64,000 nt of DNA, from the NCBI GenBank assembly GCA_036630325.1, contig CP142735.1, forward strand, positions 372,001-436,000, in the 5' to 3' direction. Shown here piece by piece: positions 38,401 to 49,700 of this stretch. The position numbers were made by a program, and so were the translations under genes. Within the stretch, counting starts at the first letter, position 1. Each line of letters starts with the position of its first letter. The notes beneath the pieces were generated by a model that saw nothing but the letters and a program-made list of their open reading frames with translations, was not told the DNA's origin and did not search any database. Origin of the DNA: Vairimorpha necatrix. Taxonomy: Eukaryota.

Positions 38401-38976
38401 TTCAGAAATAAAATCTGTGATGAATATGCAAGGATTAAGAATTTCATCTGGAAATATGGTTCCCCCTACAAACCTACGACCACGGGGCTTGTGGAGAGAT
38501 TTAATAGAACAATGGGTTCAAAGTTAAGGAAAATTACGGAATTTGGGAAATTTGATTGGGCAAAATGCGTTCCTAAATTGGTCAAGGCCTATATGCAGTC
38601 TTACCATAGGGCTATAGGCTGCGCCCCAGTAGAACTTATTACAGGAATGGTGCTTAATAAATTGGACTTACAGGAAGGGATTAAGACATCAAAAGAAAAG
38701 AAAGAATATCAGGAACAGGCCATTAAAAATTTAGAAGCCTACAGACTTGAGTATAACACGGGTGGAAAGAAAAATGGTGAGAGTAAGGAAACCATAAAGG
38801 TTGGAGATAGGGTCTGGTACTATTTAATTCTCCCTATAAGAGGAAAACTTGAACCTAAATGGGAAGAAAAAGGAGTGGTAGTAGAACAAAAATTTCATTC
38901 ATTTAAAGTTTTATTGGACAGTGGAAAAACAGTTACGGCAAGCCGAAATCATGTAAAGCTTTTAAAGGAGGGGTAG
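35479..38976 (+). CDS. gag-pol: Gag-Pol polyprotein (gag, CCHC, protease, RT, RNase H, integrase)
   Basis: CFICGKRGHMVSQC, LIDTGA, RLCVDYRRLN, MPFGL, YMDD, TDAS, HHCC, TDNGKEF. Start placed at CCC-ATG 35479 inside the LTR; the frame is also open upstream. Confidence 0.93.
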   Translation: MFSFQQFGENDKKELIFRNEEDDDPQQFVEDILEVGRLLEYSEGKLMLLFKMSLKDEARDWLNSLPVGLRFDKLIELFKERFFSKMQLKICIDKLSALVYHGGSILNYLDKMAGLARKGNVPESILIAFALKGLPKDLANLVLVNNKDTLSWRYIYRALSSMKSANVQRYTEVARGESREVDAIKEKVWWNNNEKTEKNGKIKCFICGKRGHMVSQCKFNSFHKNVRAVEKATEKEEQNEENDSYKFIFNYSVSKSKDIRTTLKAAPLINSGGKFKVLIDTGADLNLIRPELLPNKTVVNISKQQLRAANGSRIKIIGETVVKIKIDGMIFEDKFIITRDITIPCIIGHGLLDKYRISLRFGDNRMEIESGQMAKGKAIGYHKIITKDDNPILSQLYKLGAAKEDIASKIIKEYLSLGIIRPSESSWRSPIIIVPKKNGDHRLCVDYRRLNDVTIRDAYPMPRVEEFINALEGATYFTKLDAESGYHQIDMAPCDIEKTAFACREGLFEFTKMPFGLVNGPATFQRVMNDILREFLFKFVVVYMDDILIYSKTEEDHRRDVQMVLEKLKSVGLKLNQEKCEFKKTELRILGHVISKEGIRVDEERVRSIQKLPIPKNKKKLQSLLGLYNYCAKFIKNSHKIISPLFDIIRLKNEDAENFWKNVEQNAKYRKDIEEVKQAMKRTALLTIPNLKDKFILTTDASNEGCGATLAQVIGGKEKIVSYYSSLHSKTEKNYSTTEQELLAVIKSIQHFREYLLLGKFTLKTDHQALKYLFKSRNVKARLARWSLILQEYDFDIVYITGPSNHTDHLSREFKKEGENVLEIHLVQKKVIKKERTSVLLKFYHDLLGHGSKQNMKYNIGQKYTWKHMNKDIEDYVDNCEVCQKEKPQRKFKDIVPVVANKLGEIWELDMVGPLKESEQGYKFLLTMIDHFSKIAEVVPVYTKDMNTVVYLIDKHIVRKHGVPKAILTDNGKEFRNKICDEYARIKNFIWKYGSPYKPTTTGLVERFNRTMGSKLRKITEFGKFDWAKCVPKLVKAYMQSYHRAIGCAPVELITGMVLNKLDLQEGIKTSKEKKEYQEQAIKNLEAYRLEYNTGGKKNGESKETIKVGDRVWYYLILPIRGKLEPKWEEKGVVVEQKFHSFKVLLDSGKTVTASRNHVKLLKEG

Positions 38977-39085
38977 TGTAGGAAGTGCCACAGATGTCAA
39001 ATATATTGTGTCTGTGTTTTGATATATTTGACATGTTGTTTCTTAAATATTTTATAATAAATAAACCCATGTTTTCATTCCAACA
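38977..39085 (+). repeat. 3' LTR of G3
   Basis: Begins immediately after the pol stop codon and is followed by TSD ATTAT. Confidence 0.96.
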
Positions 39086-39594
39086 ATTATGTAGAAGATT
39101 AGATATTGCTCACAGGAAGATAAGCATAGAAAGCCACCGTAGTAATGGACGTGTAGAGAGAGTAATAGGAACATTGAGAGAAGCTATTTTGAAAATGAAA
39201 GGCGATGATTTTGACGATAAGGTTATGAGAGCGATTGATATTTATAATAATAGTTACCACATTGGGATAGATTGTACACCGAAAGAGGCGGTTATGTATA
39301 CTAGTGGAAAAGTTATGATGGAAAATGGTCCTGAAGGAAGAGACAGTAAGAAGTTTGTTAAATGGAAGAGAGAAGTGTTTTACAGAAATCAGCAAGTACG
39401 AGTAGCGAAAAAAGAAAATTTAAAGGGATGGTCTAAATATGAAAAAGGACGATTTCTGGAGAGGGGAAAAATTTACGCGATTTGTGGATGAGATTCTTAT
39501 ATTGTACGATTGTAAACAGGACGGCTGGTGAAGAAAAGACATTATGATTTAAAGGGGTTTGAGTAAGTATGAGACTAACCGTCTTGGAGGGGGA

Positions 39595-39643
39595 TGTTAT
39601 ATTCTGTAATATGATTGACCCCAATTTATAATAAATAAAGACA
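39595..39643 (+). repeat. 3' LTR of SL2 (49 bp)
   Basis: Follows the PPT and is followed by TSD TTTTC. Confidence 0.92.
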
Positions 39644-40106
39644 TTTTCTTTATTTATAGTTAGAGTAACCAATAGAATAAAATGTGATATAACTAATCAA
39701 TAATAACTGGCAATCATTGATCGTTCCGGCGGAAGACCAGCGTTTTAGTTTCCATTGGTTAATAATAGTAACATGTGGTATAATCCATTATACCACAATC
39801 ACTAAATGAATAAAAAATGTAAAAAGTAGCAAATTACTATAAAAATAGATCTTAAAATGACAGATTATTTACAACGCGATATCAACCCCCAAAATTAGGT
39901 CATACAATGTACTAGTATACTTGTGGTATTATTTTTTTTCATTACATTGCGGTGTAATGTTCTATCTAGAGATTTCGTAAAAAAAAGTCATATCCGGTTC
40001 GATACCAAAGTGCAATAAATGTATCCTAGGCACAATTGCTAAGGTGCAGGTTTGCGAAGAAAGATGTATACATTACTTAAAAATTGTACATTCTTTTTAG
40101 ATTTTT

Positions 40107-41138
40107 GGCTAAAGTTAGCTTTAGCTAACAAAAATGCATATTGGGTTTTTTTTCTTTTTTCCCCCTTTTTCCCCCTTTTTTTTAAAAATGGAGGAGACAA
40201 TTATGACCAGAGCAGAAATGGAAACAGTTTATAATATTTTATTTGACAAAAAAAAGAATCAGTTATGCAGAGTGTGTAATGGTAGAATGAGGTTGCTTAG
40301 TAAACAGGGCCCTATGTTAAAATGTACTTGGAAGGACTGTAAGAAGACAGTTTCTATGTGGAAAGGTACATTCTTTGAAAACTTAAGACTCGAACATATC
40401 AAAATTTTGCAGGTACTTAATTTGTGAATTCTAGGCTATCCTCGTAAGTATATTAGCCAAATTTTATGTTGTTCAAAACCTTCAATATCGTTTATTTTTA
40501 AAAAATTAAAGGAAATAGACATTTATATAAATATTTATCATCTTTGGGAAAGATAGGCAAGGAAGATATTAAAGTAGAAATAGATGAAACAAAAATAGGA
40601 AAAAATAAGTATAATAGAGGTAAACTAGTGAAAGGGGTTTAGTGTTTTGGAATGATAGAGCGTTCTTTAAAACGAACTATAATAATTACTTATATAAAAA
40701 AAGAGATACAAAAACACTTACTGACCTTTTATTAAAATATGTGAGCACGGAAAGTACTATATACAGCATTATGTGGAGGGCTTACCGTTCCTTGGGGCAA
40801 TGATTTCAAACAACATCACATGGTCAACCATTCAATACACTTTCGAGATCCCAATACTGGGGTTCATACCAATACCATAGAAGGTAATTGGAGATCACTC
40901 AAAAATTCTATACCTAATCGAAATAGGTCTGCAAGTGGTGCCAAACTTTATTTGTTTAGGTATATGCTTCGAAGAAATGCATCTAATTCTGTTTTTGATG
41001 CATTATTAAATTTATTGTTCTAATTTTTGTTTTTGTTCCTTCCTTAACATTTTCCTTCCTCCATTTTTTAAAAAAGGGGCGAAAAAAAGAAAAAAAAAAC
41101 CCAATATGCATTTTTGTTAGCTAAAGCTAACTTTAGCC
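40107..41138 (+). mobile_element. Merlin family F-related copy 2
   Basis: TIR GGCTAAAGTTAGCTTTAGCTAACAAAAATGCATATTGGG and TSD AGATTTTT. Transposase with stops. Confidence 0.93.
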
Positions 41139-41180
41139 AGATTTTTTAACCTTTTAATTCTATAACTCCAAATTTTAATA

Positions 41181-43791
41181 ATGCAGATCGAATATTTGCT
41201 CTCAGAAAAAGGGGGAAAAAAATATTCTAGAAGGTCATCTTTTCTTTAAAGAAAAAGAAGTTTGTGAAATATCCAAAATATATTGGAAATGTGAATATTT
41301 TCAAAAATACAAGTGCAAGTGTAGAGTCATTACAATGTGTAATGGGGCAATTAAAGTGTGCGGCGAACACAATCATTCTGTAGATGCTGCTAAAGTCGAA
41401 GCCGATAAAATATATGCAAATCGAGCCTTGGCAAAAAGCTCTAGAGAAGCGCCACAATCAATTATATCAGATTGTTTGTCCCTATGAAGCCAAGCTGCAG
41501 CTCCAAAATTGCCATCTATTGACAATATAAAGCGTAGCGTTCGTTTATTCGACAAATTGCAGAAACCGGCCCGCACTCCCAAATTCGCGGCAAGAAAATG
41601 AATTCACAGACGAATCTAAAGAAACTTCAAGGGGTGAACCCTTTTTACTGTATGATTCTACAGCAGATGAAAACAGAATTTTAATTTTTTCGACATATCA
41701 CAATACACGGTTTTGGCAGATAGTCAACTTTGGGGCGCTACTTCATTTTCTTGCCCCCCCCCCCCTAAAAAAACATACATAAAAAGATACAAAATCGTGT
41801 TATTTTTCAAATCTAAATATTTTTTTTTTGAGGGGGGCAAGAAAATGAAGTTAAGGTATTTTTTGTCGATTTGAGAATTTTTAAATGCCTCCTTCAGATT
41901 CCTCATTAAGGGGTTAAAAAATTTTAATTTTTTAATCCTTAATAAGAAATTTAAAGGAAGCTATTCGGGAGCTAAATATCTGCGAAGATGCGTGCTTTAG
42001 GCACAATGAAGCAGCAATTGATTTTTTTCAGATAATGGTCTTCTAAAAAGATCGATTGCTTGCAGACATTGTTCGACATCAGAACGAACTGTTCTTATGA
42101 ACATTAATTGATGTTCCGGCTACATTGACGGTAAAGCTTATCGTTGTGTTAATAAAAAGTGAAGTTCGAAGAGCTCACTTAAAAATGGTACGATGTTTAA
42201 AGGGATAAGCGTTCAATTTCACAAAATTCTTAGAGCATTTTATGGCTGGGTATTAAATTATACTACTTGCCAAGCAAAAGATCTTTGCAAAATATGTAAA
42301 AATTCATATATTAAAATTAAGGATACAGTGATGGAAGTCATTGCTTCTAAAAGCGATGATAGCTACCAAATATGAGGAACTTCTGTTTGTGTACAATTTG
42401 ATGAAACCGCCATATGCAACGGGGTAATTGTATTTAATCCTTCTTCAACTTTGGATTCCATGTCTGGAATTCAATGGATTATAGGCGGCATAGTAGAAGG
42501 TAACTGTAGAGAATTTGTTCTTAAATTGCTACCTAATCGACAATCTGGTACTATTGAAGAGTTTTTTAGACACAGAGTAAAACGTGGCTCTATTATAATT
42601 TCTGATGGATACCCTTCATGCCCTCCAGCCTCTAGAAATTTTGGGAGTGAATATTACAAAGTAAATCATTCGCTTGGGTTTATAAATGCAGAAGGAGACC
42701 ACACAAATAATATAGAAAATTTGCGGTCCCATTTGAAGAATGAATATAGATCGAGAATGGGGCTTAAAAGGCATAGGATAAATTTATTTCTAAAAAAATT
42801 CGCTTGGAAAAAAAAAATATCAATCATTTCAATAATGATGATCATAGGTGTCCTTATATAAAAATTTTAAAACTTTGTAGGTTGGAATAAATAAAATTTC
42901 TTCTAAATAATTTTTTTTTTCTAGGGGAAGGCAAGAGAATGAAGTAGCGCCAACTTTGATACGCAGATGGCACCTTTAAAACCGTACCATTATTATTTCA
43001 TCAATTGTACACAATTCACGGTCTAAAACAAAGTGCTTCTATTCCCTTGATCTTCGCTTTATTGTCAAATAAATTAGAGCAAACCTATTCTAAATTTCTC
43101 TGCACTTTAAAAAATTTGGACCCATCATTTATTCCGCATTCCATAACTGTAGATTTTGAAAAGCCCATGATGAATGCAATCATAGTAGAGTTTCCTAGTG
43201 CAAGTGTAAAAGGATGCTTTTTTCATTTCTCACAGTGCATTTTTCGAGCCGTCAAAATCTTGAATTCGAACTACTGTACGATATAGATCCAGGATTTGCA
43301 CTGCAAATAAGATCGCTGTCAGCGATCGCATTTGTACCTTCCCATTTTGTTTGCGAAGTTTTTGAAGAATTGCGTGACAGAATACTGCCCATCGAAGCTC
43401 TGGCCGTCTTAGATTATTTTAAAGATACTTGAATTGGCCGCCCAAACCAAAGACAACGTCGAGCCCCGAAATTTGCATTAGACATAGGGAATATGTACTT
43501 TAGAACTATAGATGGTCTTCCGAGGACCAACAACTCGGTCCAGGTTAGCATCGTGGGTCGAGTCGCAAGCTGGTGGTACTCACCTGAATATTTGGAAGTT
43601 TATAAATTGATTAAAAAAGGAACAATCTCTAAATAAAGTTCGAATAGAACAATTACTGTCTGGCTTTATAGCTCCTCCTTCTAAAAAAAGTATTGCGATT
43701 GTAGAACGAGAATTCTAAATGTAGTGTCCAATTTTAATCGAGAAAATTTTATAGAATATATTCGTGCCATTACCCATGATCTGTCATTTTA
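41181..43791 (+). pseudogene. FLYWCH + MULE transposase, split by Merlin A3
   Basis: MQIEYLLSEKGG and IYWKCE at the start. LWYADGTFK is restored across the insertion. Also DFEKPMMNAI, GCFFHFSQ and PRTNN. Confidence 0.88.
41734..42951 (+). mobile_element. Merlin family A copy 3 (decayed)
   Basis: Same TIR as A2, TSD AACTTTGG/AACTTTGA and several in-frame stops. Confidence 0.93.
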
Positions 43792-44033
43792 ATATTAAAT
43801 TTAATAGATTCTAAAATTTTATATTATTTTTTTATTTTTATAAACATTTTGATTTTTTTTACATTTTTTAATTCTTTTGTGATATAAATATATTAATAGT
43901 CAAAGGCTATATTGCACAATACATATGATCCATACATAAAAAATTTAAAATGAAATATATATATATATCATGAATATCCCCATAAAAAATATATATTTCA
44001 ATTTTTCGGTGAATTGATAGTCAGTGAATTCTC

Positions 44034-44786
44034 ATAACACCGATTTTTTTATTTCTTAATATTGCTCCTTCATATATTATGAAAAAAAATTTGTCTATAA
44101 GTAACAAAACAATTAATACTATTATTAGTAAAGTTAGTAAGAATGTTAACGGCAATAAGAAGATTGGAGATAAAGGTGTTATTGTTGAGATAGATGAATC
44201 AAAATTCGGAAAAAGAAAATACAATAAAGGGCACAAAGTTGACGAGTCTGGGTACTTGGAATGGTCGAAAGGACAATTGAAAGGGGATAGTCTTAATTCA
44301 AGTAAAAAATAGGAAGGCATAAAACTTTGGAAGATCTAATCAAAGAGTACGTACTACCTGGTTCAATAATATATACAGATTTTTGGAAAGGATACGTAAA
44401 TTTAAAAAAAATAGGAATCTACGAACACTATACAGTAAACCATTTAATCGGTTTCGTAAATCCAACGAATAGAGTACACACCATTACAATCGAAGGAACT
44501 TGGTCTGCAGTAAAAAGAGTAGTACCAGTTCGAAATCGAACAGTTAAAGATATAAATTGTTTTTTAAATATCTTTGCATTTAGAAGAAATGACACTAATA
44601 AACCAGCAGAAATCTTATTAAATATAAATTTAAATTAAATACATGTGTTAAAAATATAATTTACAATTATTTTTTGTTTTTATTTAGTATTTTTAATATT
44701 ATAAGTGCCTAGTAATTTTTGTCTCTTCTTTGCTCCTCCTTTTTTACACTTCATTTTGGGGGTTCGAAAAAAAAAATCGTAGCGCC
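44034..44786 (+). mobile_element. Merlin, 5'-truncated fragment
   Basis: VEIDESKFG, YTDFWKGY, HTITIEG. Ends ATCGTAGCGCC. Confidence 0.82.
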
Positions 44787-46360
44787 TCAAATACGGGGGC
44801 TGTAAGTTCTCTTTAACCAACCACCTGTTGTTTTTTGACCATCTAAAGATACTTGCGGAAAATGAAACAGCATTGAAAGAGATGATAGATAATACGACGA
44901 AAATTCTTCGACACTGTAGGCCTAGAAATTAATGCGGAAAGATCAGCTACAAATAGTAATAACTGTAAAGATAGAGGTAAGCTGCTAGAGGGGCATGAGG
45001 GGTATAAATATTTAGGTATTATAGAAATCCGTGAAGGTAAGATAATGAAGGAAAGAAAGAATGTGGGAGGCCATCTTATCAAGAATAGAAAAGTTATGCA
45101 AGACAAAGCTGAATATAAAACATTTATTTAAAGCAATAATGAACATGTAATAAGCTTAATCAACTATTATCATAAAAACAATAGATGCTGAACCCAGTGA
45201 ATTAAGATCATAGACGACAACATTAAAAATTACTGACTAAATATCATTTTCACTTAACCTTCAACTAAAGAAAGACTATGTCTCTTTAAAGCCGAACTTA
45301 ACAGAAGGCTTAATACATAGATCATAAGAGTAAAAGAATGCTACTACAATTAGCCAAAGAATTTAAAAGCACAAAAGGATCTGTTCATAGACGCAAAACG
45401 ATGTTAACTTCGAGAAAACTGGTTACACATATCTATCAACCATACAAGGACATATTAAAGAGAAATATAAACTTAAGAAAAACGTCACAGTAAAATCCAT
45501 TATAGAGGCCCAAACCGAAACTCTATATAGCGATATAAAAACAAAAAAAAATTATTCATAGCTATTTAGACTGCGATATCATCCACTCATTGATATAAAG
45601 CAGGCTGTTATGTGTCTTACAAAGGGAAATATAAGCCTAAGAGTGGAAGGCGATTTATGTGCATTGTAGGACCGAAACATATCCATAGAAAAACAGAAAA
45701 AATGCCCACACTGTCATGAACATGCAAAGACAGTAGATCCTATGGCCGCCCAATATGATCATATGCTTTTATATGATTTCATGAGACGGCACAATGAAGC
45801 ACTGCTATGCATATACCTGCAGCTATGTATGACGTATGAATTATCCCATGCTAAAGGAATTAGAAACTTTCAGTCCAGAAATGTGTATATAATGGGTATT
45901 TTGAGAAAATAGTTGACACTAGGATACGTTCAAGTATCGAAACATGATATAATGAGCTTGATATACTTTTTGTGGACAAGTTGAGGAAAGAAGTGATCAT
46001 TGTTGAAGTTGGATCTACAAGTTTTAACAACCTTCAAGCGGTAGAAACAGGCGCTAAACAATAATACGACTTGCTTGCTAGTTGTGTGGCCTTTTTCTAT
46101 AAATATAAGCCGAAAATTTTCTCTATGTGATGACTTTGGATGGAATAGTAACTAATTTCTACCGCTCGCTTACTAAGAGCTCCGATCAGAACCCAGACCA
46201 AGACCATAAATACAGACAAGAGTATTTAAAATGACTGTAGAAAGCCTAACTATGTCAATCAGACGTGGCTTGATACTGAACAGGAAGGGATATTCGAGGA
46301 CCCAATATCAATTTGTGGATTTCAAGAGGAACTCCGGGAACTTTCAGAAGAAATTTTGAG
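44787..46360 (+). mobile_element. Non-LTR retrotransposon with C-terminal restriction-like endonuclease, 5'-truncated and decayed
   Basis: RT C-terminal motifs (TNHLLF, GLEIN, YKYLG), then KCPHC...RRHNE and DIL..D...IIVEVG. Many stops and frameshifts. Ends approximate. Confidence 0.8.
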
Positions 46361-46415
46361 TATAGATTGTGGAAAAAATTATAAAGTAAGATATTATATT
46401 ATACTTAAATAAAGT

Positions 46416-46613
46416 TGTTACCTGAAGGCTAAGATGGGGTAGTCTGAAGCTTAATTAGATGAAATATTCTTTTTAAGAGACATGGTATTTATTTTTATAA
46501 TTCCTTTATGAGTTTTATTCTCGGCCTGAAACAATCATGTTGTAAGTTGAGATTAAACGTTTAGAAGATCTTGTTTCAGTTCTTGATTGGTGCCGCAAGT
46601 GATGGCGGTAACA
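46416..46613 (-). repeat. Solo LTR related to gypsy G2 LTR
   Basis: TGTTACC...GGTAACA ends, TSD AAAGT, 198 bp, patchy similarity to 21873-22072. Confidence 0.85.
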
Positions 46614-46747
46614 AAAGTGATTTTATTTGTTGTGTTCTTTATTCTTTGTACAGCAATCTTAGATTGATTATAATCTTAAAAATGAGTTAATAACACTATT
46701 TTGAAAATAACTATTGGATAGCTATAAATAGCGATAATATTATGAAA

Positions 46748-49700
46748 TATAAGTGCCTAACATAATTGGGGTTTAATATTATTACTAAATATAACATCCC
46801 CCTCCAGACAGTTAGTCTCCTTCAACATACTTTAAATTGCTTACACCCTTAAGATCATAATGCCTTTTTTCACTAACCTTATATTCTGTAATCTCACTAT
46901 ATATATGAATCCCTTGGCATAGCTCAATCACTCTTTCCATGTCTAAAAATCGACCCCTACAATACTTACTACATCCCTTTGAATTCTCATTCTTGGCAAC
47001 CCTAACTATCTAGTTCCTTTGAACTTTTCTCAAAACCAACTTTCAAACTGCTGCGCATACTTTCCCTCTGGACTGTTATCCATACTAACATTTCCTGTAT
47101 TATCGGTTAAAGCTTCTACTGCTTACACTTAATACCAGCATGAAAACTTAAATTATATTTCCCAATAGCTCCATAAGCCTTGTTCATGAATTTCTCTTTT
47201 TGGCTCTTAAGAATACTATCTTTAACAGTTCTAATAACTCTTTCTACTCTTCTATTACTTCTGTGCGACTCAACGCCGACATTTCTATGACTAATATCTA
47301 AATTTCTACATAGCTCGATAACTTTTTCGTTGCAAAACTCTTTACCATTATCCATAATGATTTCCTCTGGTTTTCTGCCTTGTTTACACAAATCCTTAAT
47401 AAATTCGGCAATTTCAGATTCGTGCTTGCTCTTCAATACTCTTCCCCATAATCTCCTTGTAAAGTAATCAACTGCTAAGACAATAAACGCTTTCTCTTCC
47501 CTGAATTCTTTTAAATCTAAGCCAACCTTCTCTAAATATCTTGTTGTTTACTAAATCAGAACCGCCACTTGTTTTTCTATTATAAATCTGACAAGTCTTG
47601 CAATTCTTAAGTACCTTTTCGATCTAATCCTAAATCCCTGTGCAATAATACTGTTTACTCAACTCATAATATACCGTTGTTCTGCTTCTGTGTCTCAAAT
47701 TGACATGACAATCCATTATTAATCTCTCTCTGTCTTGTTCAAAAGGCATTTCGCTTTCTCTTCTACTATCAAATACCCAGTATTCTTTACCTTCTACAAT
47801 TTTACGTGCTTATTTCTTTCCCTTCTATTTGTCTATCACGGCGTGTTTCATTTCTCTTTTTCTTTTGTATATACCCTACTTAGCACATCGGCTACGACCA
47901 TATTTTCTGGAGTTCTATATTCTATCTCGAAATCAAATTCCTGTATTTTCTCGACCCTTCTATTAATTCAAGCATTCTTAAAGTCGGGGTTGTTTCTTAT
48001 TTCGCCTAACGCTTTATGATCAGCTTCTATTCTAAATTTCCTACCTCTTAATTCGTATTCAAACTTTTAAACGCCCCAAAAAACTGCGTACATTTTTTTT
48101 CTGATATTCAATAATTAACCTCCGTAACGGTAAACTTCTTAGACGCCCACTGTACTGGCACCCATTCTCCTTGATTATTTTTCTGTAACAATACTGCACT
48201 CATGCCTACATTACTAGCGTCAGTCCTCAACAAAAATTCTTTATCATAATCTGCTATTTGCAGCTTTCCTAAACATTTCAATACTTCTTTTAAATTATTA
48301 AACTCGTTGTTCATATCATCTGTCCAGTCCACTTATCATTCTTCCCTTTTTAACTGTCTATCAACCTAACTATCAATCCGGCGTAATTCTTAATAAAATC
48401 TCCGAACCAACACGTCATTCCTAAAATTCTTCTCACATCTGACACGCCTGTTGGTATCGGAAACTCTAGGGCTTCATTTTCTTTATCTTTGACGGTATGA
48501 TATCTTCTCCATTTAAAGTGACTCTCAATAATTTAACTTCCCGTTGACAAAACTAGCCTTTATTTGCATTCAGCTTCACAATGTTTTCCTTCAGTCTATT
48601 TAATACTATTTTGACTAATTGCTCGTGTTCTCCTATCGTCGGCCGTACAACACAATATCGTCCATATACACCTCTACTCCTTTGCCTTTCATATCTCTAA
48701 AAATCCTATCCATAATTCTCTGCAATATCTGCGGGCTATTCTTATATCGTATAACCATAGTGTTGTAACACACGAAACAAGTACTATCTTGATTCAAACA
48801 CCAGACAGTTTCAGTCATCGTAAACCAGTTATCTTCTATTATCTGTAACGTATGTTTCACTGAAACTATTTAAGAAAACTTATTCTAATAAATTATGCAA
48901 TTTAATACAGACATGTCTTCAGGACTCAACACATAGAATTTCATTCATTTATTCTTGCCATTAAAATCAAACGCCGTCTTATGTTTATCCTTCTCCTCTG
49001 TCTCTATACTATAGAAAGCTTCTTTTGAATCGAAAACCGTCATATATTTTGCACCTTGCGTAGCCCCTACAACATCTCTTATGTTAGACAATCTATACTC
49101 GTCCTTTCTACAGTATCGTATAATGCCATCAAATTACTAACCAGTCTTATCTTCCCTCTTGGCTTTCTGATTGACCTTATAGGATTTCTCTAACTTGAAT
49201 TTGACTCTCTTATCACTTTCCTTTTTAATAAATCTTTTAAATATAACTCTGTATCTTTTATTAACGCCTGCGGAACCATTTGTCCCTTTTTAAATACCTT
49301 CCTACCCGCTTCTGTATTAATTTTACATTTTTCCAGATAAATATATTTTACCTCTTTTCCTAATCTAAAAACCTCTCCAAAACTCTTCGCATACTTATCT
49401 AAATTTAATCTGATTCTCTTACTCTCCTCTTTAACAGCATATTCTTTTTGATTTTTCTCAAATTTGACTCTAAGTCCTCTATTTGAACTTCTAAAATCTC
49501 GCTCATGACTTGACTCTGTTCACTACCTACTTCTATTTTGCAACTGTTATCCTTGTTATTCTTTTTATAATAATTATCGCTATTAATCTTCAGTCTGCAT
49601 TCAAACACCCCATGCCCTTGTCTATCACAATAGAAGCATCTCGGTACTCTCAATTTTTGTCTAGGCTGTTCTTTACTAATTTCTTCATTTATAGTCCTAG

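Larger units (their letters stand above)
35387..39085 (+). mobile_element. Ty3/gypsy retrotransposon G3, intact and recent
   Basis: Identical 109-bp LTRs, TSD ATTAT, PBS TGGCGAGAAC, PPT AAAGGAGGGG and a single uninterrupted ORF. Confidence 0.97.
30476..39643 (+). mobile_element. Short-LTR gypsy-like retrotransposon SL2 (three nested inserts)
   Basis: 49-bp LTRs differing by 1 nt, TSD TTTTC, TGGCGAACAC after the 5' LTR and a G-rich PPT. gag, RT (YMDD), RNase H and integrase fragments. Confidence 0.93.
30085..44033 (+). mobile_element. Mutator (MULE) element expanded to 14 kb by nested insertions
   Basis: About 150-190-bp imperfect TIRs (30085-~30270; ~43885-44033, with GACTATCAATTCACCG and TATGTATGGATCATAT) enclosing FLYWCH-MULE transposase pieces. 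No TSD. Confidence 0.82.

Noticed and set aside
44699-46760. Repeated TATAAGTGCCTA as the TSD of the non-LTR element
   Set aside because: One copy is inside the Merlin fragment and the other is part of the SL3 LTR, so they do not flank the element.
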